DNA of 34,820 nt from a virus. Its lineage: Duplodnaviria > Caudoviricetes. Shown here piece after piece: positions 8,536-17,189 of the stretch (positions within the stretch are counted from its first letter, which is position 1; each line of letters starts with the position of its first letter). The position numbers and the translations under genes were made by a program. The stretch is from positions 1 to 34,820 of IMG/VR virus record IMGVR_UViG_3300038674_000863; one strand, written 5' to 3'. The notes beneath the pieces are model-generated. The model did no database searches. It saw nothing but the letters and a program-made list of their open reading frames with translations, and had not been told where the DNA came from.

Positions 8536-11109
8536 TCATCTTGTCACCATACCCAGCCTCACCAGTTCCTTTTCAAGCTCCTTAACCATTGCCCTGGCTG
8601 TTTGCCTGTTTCCGATTGCATTAATGGGCATTTCAACATTTCCCGCCTGCAGACGGAGGGTGAAGGTCTCGTTTCCACCGACCGCCCCGCCTGTCTGGTA
8701 TGCGTATCGCGGTACCGGGATCGAGGGCATGGAGATATTTGATATAATCCCGCCGATCTTTTTTCGCATAATCTCGCCTGCATCAACCCTCATGGCATTA
8801 AGTGCCTCGAACAGGCCTGAGCCATATTTTTTGACAGCTTCTTTCCGGATCACAAACTCCCCGGCCTCCAGGAGAGCGGGTATCTTATCCCCGCCTCCAT
8901 AACCCGGAAGATGCTTGCCTGTAGAGGCATAAATAGGCCCGCCAGAGGCCCTAGCCTTGGTCTCATGTATGCGGATATATATATCCTTGTACTCAGGCTT
9001 GATCAGATCGTTTATGCGATCCTGGGCTGCAATAAGCCCCTTCAGCTCAATATTTATATTAGCCTCCCGCTGTATTGCTATTTCATCAAGCTGGGCCTTG
9101 ATTCCATCTGCTGTGGCCTGCCATTCTGTCTGTGCCGTTTGTGCGGCATCCTTCTGTGTTGTGTATAATTGATTTACAAAATCACCAACTGCCTTAATAC
9201 CATTTATAGCAACCTTCTTTGTTTCCTCGATGGACTGTTTTACAACCTCTTTTCCAGCCTCTGTGCCCTTAACCTCAGTGGCCAAGTCCGCATATAAGCC
9301 CTCAGCATCCTTTGCCAGCTTTTCAGCCAGCTTGTAATCGCCCTCGGCCATTGCACGTCGGGCAGTATATAATTTTTCCTCTGCCTCACGCCTGCGATCC
9401 GCCCAGGCCTTAGCCTCATCCAGTCCCTTACGGCCCAGCTCCCGGATTTTATCTTCAGTGGAAAGCCGGGCATATTTGATCTTTTCTTCAAACTCGATAA
9501 CTTTATCAGCGTAATCCTTCGCCTGTTTTTTAGCCTCTTCGTAGGCTTTTTTTGCCTGCTCTTCAAAAGCCTTAAGCTGATCTTCAGTGGCCTTTACCGC
9601 CTCAGCGGGTTTTTGCATCTCGGTTGCAGCAGAGGAGGCGGATTCACCTACCCGTTTAAAATCGGCATTAATTTCTTTTAGGCGTTCATTAACCTTATCT
9701 AAAGCCTGTGTATTTCCTTCCTGTTCGAGTTGCATCTTGAGCGCGGTATAATATGCCCTGGCGCTGGCCAGTTTTTTGCGAAACTCATCAAGGTCTCTCT
9801 GTGATGCCCCGGTTATATCAGCGGGAAGTTTAACGCCTTTAAACTCAGAAAACCTTCGCATCATAGCGCTTGTATTGTCTGTGAGCCTCTGTTGTGATTC
9901 TTCCTGTGCCTTAACTGCCTTGCGCCATTCATAGATTGTCTTTATCAGTTCCGCTATTTTTAGAACACCCCAGGCGGCAGCCGCGGCAAGGCCCAGCTCA
10001 AGAGCCACCCCTGCCAGCCCGGCCTGTACAGCGACGGCATTGATAGCTGCTCGCAGGTTGCCCAGCCATGTGATAATACCTGAACCGGTCATAACTATGA
10101 ATGCGGCATTGAGCCCTTTTATAACTACAGCCAGCTTGGAAATAATAGAAATCATAGCACCAGTACCGGCAAGAATAATGAGAAGCTTTTTCCACTCCAC
10201 TGCAAACTCAACAATCCTTGCCGCTGCTGTCACTAATATTGAAATCACTTTACCAATTTCACCGGCATTTTCTTTTACAACCTTTGCTACATTACCCATT
10301 GCATCATTCAGATCTTTACTATTTGCGACGGAATTGATTATTTCTTTCCGGATCTCCGCAAGCGCACCGCCGAATGTGTTCGCGCTGGCAGCAGCCCGCC
10401 CCTGAAACTGTTCGCTCTGCTGTAAAAACACGTTATACCTGGCCTGGGCCTTTTCCAGATCGGTTAAATCCTGCCATGCCTTTATATTGGCCTTGTCGGC
10501 TTCATAAACGGACTTTACATAGTTTTCGTTAAGGGTAAGACCTAAGTACTCTGCTGATTCTGCTTCACCCCTCAGGGCCGCAGTTACGCGCTCTATGGCC
10601 CCTTCCAGATCAACCTTTCCAGCTCCAAGATCCGCAGAACGTTTTATAACCACCTTCATTTGCTCTGCAGAGAGCCCCAGGCGTTTGGTCATATCTACTG
10701 TCCTGGAGACAGCACCTTTAAGCGCTGTGTCAGAATAAATACGGAGTTCCTTTGATAAATCCTTTACGGTTTGTTCCCATTCTTGGACAGAACCTACCTT
10801 ATCAAACTCTCTATTGGCAGCGGCAACGGAGGTCTGCATGGAAAAAGCGGCATTATCAGCATCCTGCATGATCTGGGTTGCCTTGCGTAATGCCTGAAAA
10901 CCGATAATACCTGTGAGCATGCTTTTTACAGCGCCGGATAGGGCGGAAACGGCCTTATGTCCATTGCCGGTTTCCTTATTGAATGCGGCAACCGCCTCTT
11001 TGCCCTTGGTAAAGGCGCCTTTGATGCCGGCTTGAGCCTGGGCAGCGGCTTCTTTTACGCCCTTGGCAGTGGCGGCTATTATAATATTGACTTTGTTTTT
11101 TTCTGCCAT
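8536..11109 (-). CDS. Tail tape measure protein
   Basis: 857 aa, Ala/Lys-rich helical, central hydrophobic segments, C-terminal ASGG..GGGDKIPALLEAGEFVIRKEAV motif. Confidence 0.92.
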   Translation of the reverse strand: MAEKNKVNIIIAATAKGVKEAAAQAQAGIKGAFTKGKEAVAAFNKETGNGHKAVSALSGAVKSMLTGIIGFQALRKATQIMQDADNAAFSMQTSVAAANREFDKVGSVQEWEQTVKDLSKELRIYSDTALKGAVSRTVDMTKRLGLSAEQMKVVIKRSADLGAGKVDLEGAIERVTAALRGEAESAEYLGLTLNENYVKSVYEADKANIKAWQDLTDLEKAQARYNVFLQQSEQFQGRAAASANTFGGALAEIRKEIINSVANSKDLNDAMGNVAKVVKENAGEIGKVISILVTAAARIVEFAVEWKKLLIILAGTGAMISIISKLAVVIKGLNAAFIVMTGSGIITWLGNLRAAINAVAVQAGLAGVALELGLAAAAAWGVLKIAELIKTIYEWRKAVKAQEESQQRLTDNTSAMMRRFSEFKGVKLPADITGASQRDLDEFRKKLASARAYYTALKMQLEQEGNTQALDKVNERLKEINADFKRVGESASSAATEMQKPAEAVKATEDQLKAFEEQAKKAYEEAKKQAKDYADKVIEFEEKIKYARLSTEDKIRELGRKGLDEAKAWADRRREAEEKLYTARRAMAEGDYKLAEKLAKDAEGLYADLATEVKGTEAGKEVVKQSIEETKKVAINGIKAVGDFVNQLYTTQKDAAQTAQTEWQATADGIKAQLDEIAIQREANINIELKGLIAAQDRINDLIKPEYKDIYIRIHETKARASGGPIYASTGKHLPGYGGGDKIPALLEAGEFVIRKEAVKKYGSGLFEALNAMRVDAGEIMRKKIGGIISNISMPSIPVPRYAYQTGGAVGGNETFTLRLQAGNVEMPINAIGNRQTARAMVKELEKELVRLGMVTR

Positions 11110-11115
11110 TATAAT
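11087..11115 (+). promoter_or_regulatory. Near-consensus sigma70 promoter for an antisense moron
   Basis: TTGACT (11087-11092)-17 bp-TATAAT (11110-11115); ATG at 11122. Confidence 0.7.
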
Positions 11116-11177
11116 TTTACCATGTTCGGTTTTCTAAAAATATTCATCGGTATTGTTTTGGTTCCAATGCCTTTCAT
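11109..11177 (-). CDS. 22-aa mini-ORF that may translationally couple the tape measure gene
   Basis: GGAGAGG RBS, MKGIGTKTIPMNIFRKPNMVKL, stop overlaps the tape measure ATG (TAATG). Confidence 0.35.
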   Translation of the reverse strand: MKGIGTKTIPMNIFRKPNMVKL

Positions 11178-11316
11178 TTACAGCCTCTCCTGGGCAACCT
11201 TCTTTATTTTACTGGCCGGTCTCTGGTTTATTCTTTCCGGCATTTTAAACACTATTTGGCTATTAACTCTTTCAAAAAGGCCTGCCAACTCTCCTGATCA
11301 GCAAACCCTGCCCTGA
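11122..11316 (+). CDS. Small two-TM membrane protein (moron), probably leaderless
   Basis: MFGFLKIFIGIVLVPMPFIYSLSWATFFILLAGLWFILSGILNTIWLLTLSKR...; ATG 7 nt after TATAAT, no RBS. Confidence 0.55.
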   Translation: MFGFLKIFIGIVLVPMPFIYSLSWATFFILLAGLWFILSGILNTIWLLTLSKRPANSPDQQTLP

Positions 11317-11748
11317 CAGCAATCGCCATATCTCTTATTTTCTCATTATTGAGACTGGCGCTTTCATTTAGAGCGACCGTAAAGAAACACCATCCATATT
11401 CCCAGGCGTTTGCGTGACCGCGTTCAATGAGTCTGCAAATGCCTCTGTCAAGTGTGCCTTTATCAAGTTCCCGAGCATCTTTGTTATCTCCAGACGCCCG
11501 GCCCATTCTAAAAAATCGGCATTCACCTCTTTAAATGCCTCCCAGATTATCTTCAGCTCGGATGGAGCCATCGCTTCAAGTTCTTCTTTTTTAATATCAG
11601 TTACAACGGGCAAAAACCCACCCAGTAAAGACATGATGTCATCTTCATTGGTTTCAGTCATTTCGAGCAACTGCCGAACGTCTTTGATCCGGAGTTCTTT
11701 AACGGTTATTTCCTTGTCATCAATTTTTATTGTTTTTGATTTTCTCAT
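11252..11748 (-). CDS. Tail assembly chaperone, long form via -1 frameshift (gpGT equivalent)
   Basis: T TTT TTA slippery heptamer at 11509-11515 joins ...VNADF to the -1 frame RMGRASG...LIERGHANAWEYGW. Confidence 0.75.
11368..11748 (-). CDS. Tail assembly chaperone (gpG equivalent)
   Basis: Between tail tube and tape measure; ITVKELR...EVNADF. Confidence 0.8.
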   Translation of the reverse strand: MRKSKTIKIDDKEITVKELRIKDVRQLLEMTETNEDDIMSLLGGFLPVVTDIKKEELEAMAPSELKIIWEAFKEVNADFLEWAGRLEITKMLGNLIKAHLTEAFADSLNAVTQTPGNMDGVSLRSL

Positions 11749-11798
11749 TCTGACCCCGTTTCACTATGTGATTTTCAAATCTCAATCAAATATCGGCT

Positions 11799-12782
11799 TT
11801 AGCCGATGGTTTCCACCTTATAAAACTCCTGCCCGCTCGGCTGCGTTGCATCCTTAAGCACGCTGGCCGTAACGCTCAGGATCGCAGCGCCTTCGCCTAT
11901 CATCGGGAAATCGCCGTTCATCAGGATGTTCACTTTATGAAATGTCCATCTTGTGCGTACGCCCACATCATCCTTATCAGATACAAAAATGAGCTTCTTC
12001 TGCACGCTGCCTGCGCTCATGCCGTGTATATATTTTGTGTTTACAGCTTCATAATCGTATGAGATTAAATCCGTGTCGATTATGTCACCGCCTGATAGCT
12101 TTCTGATATAGCCATAATCCGGGTCAAGGGTATAGTCATCGCCTTGCACACGCCTTGCCGTTCCAGCCGCATTTGTAATTACAACATCCTCCAGCAATTC
12201 TACCCCGGTAGGGATTATATAATGGGTATCCTGTGTTTTATATACCTGCAGGGTCGGCACAAATGTACCGGATACGTTAACCAGCTCAATAAACCCTGCG
12301 CCCTTAAATGCGATCTTGCCCGTCGCTCCAGATGTTACCTGGGTTACAGAGTCGCCGGTGGCAAGTGTGCCGGTTATTTCGCCTGTGAGCTTGGTCGAAA
12401 ACACATTAAGGTGCCCCAGGTCAATATAAAGGTCATCAACCAGAGCAACATCCGCAGATGCCCCGATTTCATCCGCATCTACAGTACCTGCTGATTGATT
12501 AGCCGTATTGATGGCCGCTCCCATGAGCGCCATCTTAAGATTTTCATTTGTCATTTCCCGGAGGCCGAAGGTGAGCTGTGCCTCCGCCTCATTTATGACT
12601 TCAAGTATTGTTGCCCGTGAGGCATTCCGGGTGCTTTTCATTTTTTCGGTAGATTGCGTCAGGCTGAATGCCAGGGTCTCAAGTTCCCCCAGATCATCGA
12701 ATGATGCCCCGCCCACTGCGCCCGCATAAGCCCTGCCTGTGCCGTTATAACGAATATTATTTGCGTTTGATGCTAATGCCAT
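11799..12782 (-). CDS. Major tail tube protein (non-contractile tail)
   Basis: GTGRAY..DLGE..F N-terminus, LREMTNENLKMALMG, DYTLD..YG; GGAGGAG RBS before ATG 12782; no sheath gene adjacent. Confidence 0.8.
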   Translation of the reverse strand: MALASNANNIRYNGTGRAYAGAVGGASFDDLGELETLAFSLTQSTEKMKSTRNASRATILEVINEAEAQLTFGLREMTNENLKMALMGAAINTANQSAGTVDADEIGASADVALVDDLYIDLGHLNVFSTKLTGEITGTLATGDSVTQVTSGATGKIAFKGAGFIELVNVSGTFVPTLQVYKTQDTHYIIPTGVELLEDVVITNAAGTARRVQGDDYTLDPDYGYIRKLSGGDIIDTDLISYDYEAVNTKYIHGMSAGSVQKKLIFVSDKDDVGVRTRWTFHKVNILMNGDFPMIGEGAAILSVTASVLKDATQPSGQEFYKVETIG

Positions 12783-12801
12783 TTTCTCCTCCATTTCTTA
12801 A

Positions 12802-12855
12802 AGGTTTTTAGGTTTTAGGTTTTTAGGCTTTTACTGACAGCCTTCAGCCTAAACC
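12802..12855. repeat. AGGTTTT(T)/CAGCCT short tandem repeats in inverted arrangement
   Basis: aggttttt-aggtttt-aggttttt-aggct ... cagcctt-cagccta-aacc. Confidence 0.6.
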
Positions 12856-12858
12856 GCT

Positions 12859-13314
12859 TCAGACTGATTTAATCGTTTGAAACTCATATTTCGCCGAATA
12901 AAAACAGAGCCCTTTTTTGGGGGCCAGGTACATCGGTGCTGCGCCCTTTAACCGCATTATCCCGGATGGGTGAATCTTTTTTCTATGCAGTAAAGTTTCA
13001 CTCAGCGCCAGGATGTCGTATACCCCGGTATTTGTTGAGCTGCCCTTTTTAGCATGCTCAGTGCCCCTCAAATTTTTATCGCCAATGATCAGCAAAACTC
13101 CGATATCCTCTTCATCATACCGATCTTTATTCCTGAGAGAGAGGCCGGTTGCCACTACATAAACGCACGGGAAAAGCTTTGTCAGTTTTGCGAGCTCCTC
13201 AATATCCTCAGCCTCAGCCTGCCCGGCATAAAGCTCCAGGGTTTTTACCCCCTGCGAGGTTAATGGCGCAAGGGCTGTCAAGACCAATTGCTCAAGCTCT
13301 TCAAGTTCATGCAT
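12859..13314 (-). CDS. Mu gp37-like tail terminator/neck protein (DUF1834-like)
   Basis: LELYAGQ...PCVYV...NLRG...GVYDIL; synteny. Confidence 0.75.
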   Translation of the reverse strand: MHELEELEQLVLTALAPLTSQGVKTLELYAGQAEAEDIEELAKLTKLFPCVYVVATGLSLRNKDRYDEEDIGVLLIIGDKNLRGTEHAKKGSSTNTGVYDILALSETLLHRKKIHPSGIMRLKGAAPMYLAPKKGLCFYSAKYEFQTIKSV

Positions 13315-13459
13315 TTTTTGTCCCCTTCAAAATTCTAATCGCAAACCATAGACGTTTTTTAAATGGCATCTGTCCTATTTGCCGGATCATCGCGATAAAT
13401 CTTTCGTTTGCTTCCCTGCGCGCAATCTGTCTGATCTTTTTTCCCATCTTGCCGGACAT
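13307..13459 (-). CDS. Small basic hypothetical protein (50 aa, absent from the ORF track)
   Basis: MSGKMGKKIRQIARREANERF...; TAATG-coupled to gp36 and overlapping the gp37 start, filling the gap exactly. Confidence 0.55.
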   Translation of the reverse strand: MSGKMGKKIRQIARREANERFIAMIRQIGQMPFKKRLWFAIRILKGTKNA

Positions 13460-13884
13460 TAAAAACCACTCATTTTTGACCGGTCAAATATCCGGTCATT
13501 TGACAAAATATTAACTGTGTCGCGGGTATTAACCGGAGCCGGTGTTGCTGCCCCGAGACTGATCCTGCCGTCCGCTACTTTCTCCAAAAACCGGATAGCC
13601 TCTTTATGTCGTTCAATTCTGATATCCGGCGCCGTATCACCGCGTCGTGAAAACAGATTATATATGGCTATATCAACGCTGATCTGCCTGATTTTATCAG
13701 GCACGGGATCAAGAGGGATCATATATATGCCCTGACAGTAGGCGTTAATCGTAGCATCCGCATCGGCAATGGCTTTTGCAACCCTTCCCTCGTTTACTTC
13801 ACCGGCATCTTCATCATCGGTCAACTGGATAAGGCTATCCTCATCCAGTTGATCAACAATGTCTGATTGTATGCTGTATGTCAT
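13459..13884 (-). CDS. Mu gp36-like head-tail adaptor (DUF1320)
   Basis: LIQLTD...AIADADATINAY...DIAIYNL...AIRFLEKVADGRISLG. Confidence 0.9.
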   Translation of the reverse strand: MTYSIQSDIVDQLDEDSLIQLTDDEDAGEVNEGRVAKAIADADATINAYCQGIYMIPLDPVPDKIRQISVDIAIYNLFSRRGDTAPDIRIERHKEAIRFLEKVADGRISLGAATPAPVNTRDTVNILSNDRIFDRSKMSGF

Positions 13885-13890
13885 TATTTT

Positions 13891-14097
13891 TTACCTTTTC
13901 GGCTTTTGTTTTTTACTTTCCGATTTTGGATCATCGCCTTCTGGATTCTTTTCCAGTTTAACTGTCAGCATAGGTTCAGCCTGTAAAATTTCCAGCTCTT
14001 TGGTGGAAAATTTATTATCAGGGTATTCAACCGGACCCTTCGGATGTGCAATTCCGCACCGCCTGAACAGATGCTTTTTACTAGTTATTTTGATCAT
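13891..14097 (-). CDS. HI1506-like small protein
   Basis: IKITSK..FRRCG..H...FS..EL..LQAEPMLTV; GGAGG RBS. Confidence 0.75.
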   Translation of the reverse strand: MIKITSKKHLFRRCGIAHPKGPVEYPDNKFSTKELEILQAEPMLTVKLEKNPEGDDPKSESKKQKPKR

Positions 14098-14125
14098 TAT
14101 TTCCTCCGCTTTTAATGATTGAGAC

Positions 14126-14167
14126 AAAGGGCATATAACACTATGCCCTTTATGCTATGCCCTGTGC
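14126..14167 (-). terminator. Hairpin built from GCATAG heptamers downstream of the capsid gene (weak terminator or mRNA stabiliser)
   Basis: Perfect 10-bp stem AAAGGGCATA/TATGCCCTTT with a short U tract. Confidence 0.45.
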
Positions 14168-14168
14168 G

Positions 14169-15074
14169 TTATCCCTGCCCGGTTGATCCATAGCTCATCT
14201 GCCACAGACCATATCCGCCTGCGCATCTTGCCTCAGCGCCGAACCGGAATTTTTTGCGCATAAACACGCTGTCCGCCTCTTCGCCCACCTGCTGCACAAA
14301 AACAGGGGCCTTGCGTTCCTGATAAACAAAGGGTTTAAGCGGCCTGTTCGTAACATGCAGAAACCAGGCAGTAGAGCTTGTGAGCCTGGGGTTGACGAGT
14401 ATTTTAGCGGTGCCCTTGTATGGATTAGGACTCTCATCAGTGAGTCTATCATTTTCGAGCAACAACTTTGCAGTCGCTTCCAGCGCAGGTGGAACCTCAA
14501 GCAAGTCCGGAATCAGCGCAAGAGGTCTGCCCTCATCATCTTTAAAACTCATAATAGCGAGCCTTGCTGCGCCATAACTAGCCGCTGCTGCTGCTGTTGT
14601 AGCTGCTGAGAGTGCAGCAGTCCCCTTGTTGCTGACGCTAGCGCCAGCTACTTCGTGATCTGTGTCGTAAAAATACTGTCCGTCGTAACACAAATTAGAA
14701 AATGCGTTATTTTTAAGATCTGCGTCAATCTCATCAGGGAGTTGTTTTGCGCTGAATCCGGCATCCATTGCTTGCGGCTGATAAATTCCGATTGTATCAT
14801 CCTCTATATCATTGCGGTCAACCTCAATAGTAGCTTCCCAGTCATCATTGACGATCGTATATTTAAAAGCCTCAAGCGTTTTTAATACTTTATCCCCTAA
14901 CCATTTGCGCATTTTCGGAAATCTTGAAAGCCATGAATAATCATTCTGGCGTGACCCTGATGGTACAAGCATGGTTGTCTGCTGCCATAAAGTTGGCGCT
15001 GCATCAAAGGCCTTGTTGAATGTGGTTTTCAGGTTGATGAAAACCGCAGTCAAATTATCTTTGTTAACTAACAT
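14169..15074 (-). CDS. Mu-like major capsid protein gpT
   Basis: YSWLSRFPKMRKWLG, WEATIEVDRNDIEDD, CYDGQYFYDTDH, KPFVYQERK, GYGLWQ. Confidence 0.95.
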   Translation of the reverse strand: MLVNKDNLTAVFINLKTTFNKAFDAAPTLWQQTTMLVPSGSRQNDYSWLSRFPKMRKWLGDKVLKTLEAFKYTIVNDDWEATIEVDRNDIEDDTIGIYQPQAMDAGFSAKQLPDEIDADLKNNAFSNLCYDGQYFYDTDHEVAGASVSNKGTAALSAATTAAAAASYGAARLAIMSFKDDEGRPLALIPDLLEVPPALEATAKLLLENDRLTDESPNPYKGTAKILVNPRLTSSTAWFLHVTNRPLKPFVYQERKAPVFVQQVGEEADSVFMRKKFRFGAEARCAGGYGLWQMSYGSTGQG

Positions 15075-15136
15075 GTCAATCCTCCTTGTTAAAAGTTTAA
15101 TATTATAGCGTCAGGCATATGCCTGGCTGGATTTAT

Positions 15137-16027
15137 CTATTCGCCGTCATCAATCTGAGCAATCAACATGAGATTCAGATCAGCCGCAGCGCCCGTATCC
15201 TGAGTCAGTAGAATATCAAAGTCAGTATTAGCCGGGATTGCAATATCAAGTGCCTCATCCTCTGCATTTGTGGCTGTACCAGCAACTGCTACCAGTGTAG
15301 CGTCTGCTCCTGATGCGACTTTAATTTCGATTGTGAGCGTTTTACTTTCACCAGGCGCAGTGCCCAGGGTTGCATATGCCCGTTTGATTCGCACTGCTAC
15401 CGGCAGCTCAAAATTTTCTACCACTTTCTGGTCAGAAGCAGCAGAAGTTATCGTTGCTAGGGCAAAATTAAGGGGAATGGTTTTAGCCAGTTTTTGTAAG
15501 GCATGTTCAACGCTTGCCTCGGCAGCAGAAAAATGATCACCAGCATCCGTCATGTCTATTGCGCTGGCAGCGTGTGCGCCACTTGTATCAGCAATATGTG
15601 CAGCCAAATCCGCCTGCTTTATCGCAGGCTCAATATCGATCCAGGCGTGTGTTGAGTCAATTATGCCTGCGATAATGCCGCAAAAAATATTATAGGTAGT
15701 TTGTGCGGCTAAATCGACGGTCTCATCATCGACCAGAAATACATTATCGCCGATATTAGCAATGGTAACCGTATGCCCTAATTTCACATTAAAAAGCCCC
15801 CGCCTTCTTAATACAACCTTGGCGTCACCGTCATTGCCGGAGTTTATTACCTTTTCAGTAGCGACACCCTCAAAAATAAGACCGCTCGCATCGCTTCCCG
15901 GAACTGCATAACCATCAGCGCGTACACAAACCAACGAACCGCCGAAAATTGTTGTTGAGCGATATACATCAAACGCATGCTCAACGCCCTCAGTATATTC
16001 AAGTTTTTTATCTGCTGTTAAAGACAT
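15137..16027 (-). CDS. Head decoration/cement-like protein with C-terminal extension
   Basis: IFGGSLV...GYAVPG...FEGVA...IGDNVFLVDDETV in the N-terminal ~130 aa; lies between protease and capsid genes. Confidence 0.65.
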   Translation of the reverse strand: MSLTADKKLEYTEGVEHAFDVYRSTTIFGGSLVCVRADGYAVPGSDASGLIFEGVATEKVINSGNDGDAKVVLRRRGLFNVKLGHTVTIANIGDNVFLVDDETVDLAAQTTYNIFCGIIAGIIDSTHAWIDIEPAIKQADLAAHIADTSGAHAASAIDMTDAGDHFSAAEASVEHALQKLAKTIPLNFALATITSAASDQKVVENFELPVAVRIKRAYATLGTAPGESKTLTIEIKVASGADATLVAVAGTATNAEDEALDIAIPANTDFDILLTQDTGAAADLNLMLIAQIDDGE

Positions 16028-16086
16028 ATTTAAACCTCCTTAAAAGATTATTGTTTTAATTTCAGATCACCGATCTCATCTTTTTT

Positions 16087-16653
16087 TTAGGCCGTCAACC
16101 CGCTATACTTTTTGATATCCTCAGTTGTATTGCCGAAAAGTTTAGCGACATTGAGAACCGCCTCATCTGCCATAATCGCATCCGCCTTTTTATCCTGCTT
16201 AGGCAGCTTATCCATAGGGATAACAACCGGGGCCTTGGCAACAAAGGTTTTAAAACCTTCGATATCACGCTCAGCATATTGGATTGCCCAGTCTTTTTGG
16301 TCCGGAGTAACCTTGCCATCGGCCATTGCCTTTGCGACGACCTCAGAGGCATCCTTCTCGCGGATCTGCTTCTGGAGCTTGTCAAACTCCTCCTTTGAGA
16401 CCATGCCCTTAGCACCCTGCTTGAGTGCATGGATAGAGGCAACCACGGTTGATATGTTGTCACCATCCTTGAGATCGAGAGCTGTTAAAACATCCTTTGC
16501 AATTACTTCAACCTCTTTGGGCTTAGCTGCAACCTGCTTTTCAAGCTCAGTGTTTTTTGCCAAACTTGCTGTCACTGCTGCCAGTACCTCATCCTCCGTC
16601 GCCTCGGCCTTAAGGCCAAGCTTTGCTATGAGTTTTTTTAAAAGTTCGTTCAT
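16087..16653 (-). CDS. Internal in-frame scaffold protein (gpZ equivalent)
   Basis: AAGGAGG RBS before in-frame ATG (MNELLKKL), as in the Mu I/Z arrangement. Confidence 0.7.
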   Translation of the reverse strand: MNELLKKLIAKLGLKAEATEDEVLAAVTASLAKNTELEKQVAAKPKEVEVIAKDVLTALDLKDGDNISTVVASIHALKQGAKGMVSKEEFDKLQKQIREKDASEVVAKAMADGKVTPDQKDWAIQYAERDIEGFKTFVAKAPVVIPMDKLPKQDKKADAIMADEAVLNVAKLFGNTTEDIKKYSGLTA

Positions 16654-17136
16654 GCCTTTGTCCTCCTTTTCTTTAAAATCCTCACCCAGCTTGGCCAGGA
16701 TCGGGGTTAAATTGTTTATCTTCGGCGCGTTTGTAAGGGCCACCGAATGGATGCCTACAAGCCTTTTATCGCTCTTTCTCACGTAAAAAACCGGTGAGAA
16801 ATAGCGGTATTCACCTTTGCTGATATACTCCGCTGCCTCGGCTGTCCATGTAACCTTGGCCTCAATGCCTCTGCCATCTGTATATCTAAGCTCACTTATC
16901 CAACCTGCAGCAGGGGCCTTGTCTCCGTTGATTGTTGCATGTTCATAGTCAATCACTATGTCATTTCCGCGTCCGTTAAATAGGTGATACACAAGCTCAA
17001 AGGCCTTGGCATCGACTAAAAACTGCCCTTCACCCTCAATATCATTCCAGCCCTCTTTAAAGAGGAGAAACCATTCAGGAGCATCGTTAACAGCCTGTAT
17101 GGCCGCGATTATTATCTGTGCAATATGAGCTTTCAT
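16087..17136 (-). CDS. Mu gpI-like prohead protease/scaffold
   Basis: VIDYEH, APAAGWI, WT..A...I...EYRYFSPVF, VALTNAP. Confidence 0.93.
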   Translation of the reverse strand: MKAHIAQIIIAAIQAVNDAPEWFLLFKEGWNDIEGEGQFLVDAKAFELVYHLFNGRGNDIVIDYEHATINGDKAPAAGWISELRYTDGRGIEAKVTWTAEAAEYISKGEYRYFSPVFYVRKSDKRLVGIHSVALTNAPKINNLTPILAKLGEDFKEKEDKGMNELLKKLIAKLGLKAEATEDEVLAAVTASLAKNTELEKQVAAKPKEVEVIAKDVLTALDLKDGDNISTVVASIHALKQGAKGMVSKEEFDKLQKQIREKDASEVVAKAMADGKVTPDQKDWAIQYAERDIEGFKTFVAKAPVVIPMDKLPKQDKKADAIMADEAVLNVAKLFGNTTEDIKKYSGLTA

Positions 17137-17150
17137 GTTATCCTCTCTTT

Positions 17151-17181
17151 CCCTATGCGCTATACTCTATGCTCTATGCGC
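17151..17181. repeat. CTATGCN heptamer tandem repeat
   Basis: ctatgcg-ctatact-ctatgct-ctatgcg, intergenic. Confidence 0.7.
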
Positions 17182-17189
17182 AACAGGCA

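Noticed and set aside
15112-15125. 14-bp palindrome CAGGCATATGCCTG before the capsid gene
   Set aside because: Single copy, no U tract and no supporting context.
16112-16786. Long + strand ORFs (this 224-aa one, 11414-11857, 27645-28142, 20469-20939 and others)
   Set aside because: Antisense shadows of well-supported phage genes, with no RBS or motifs.
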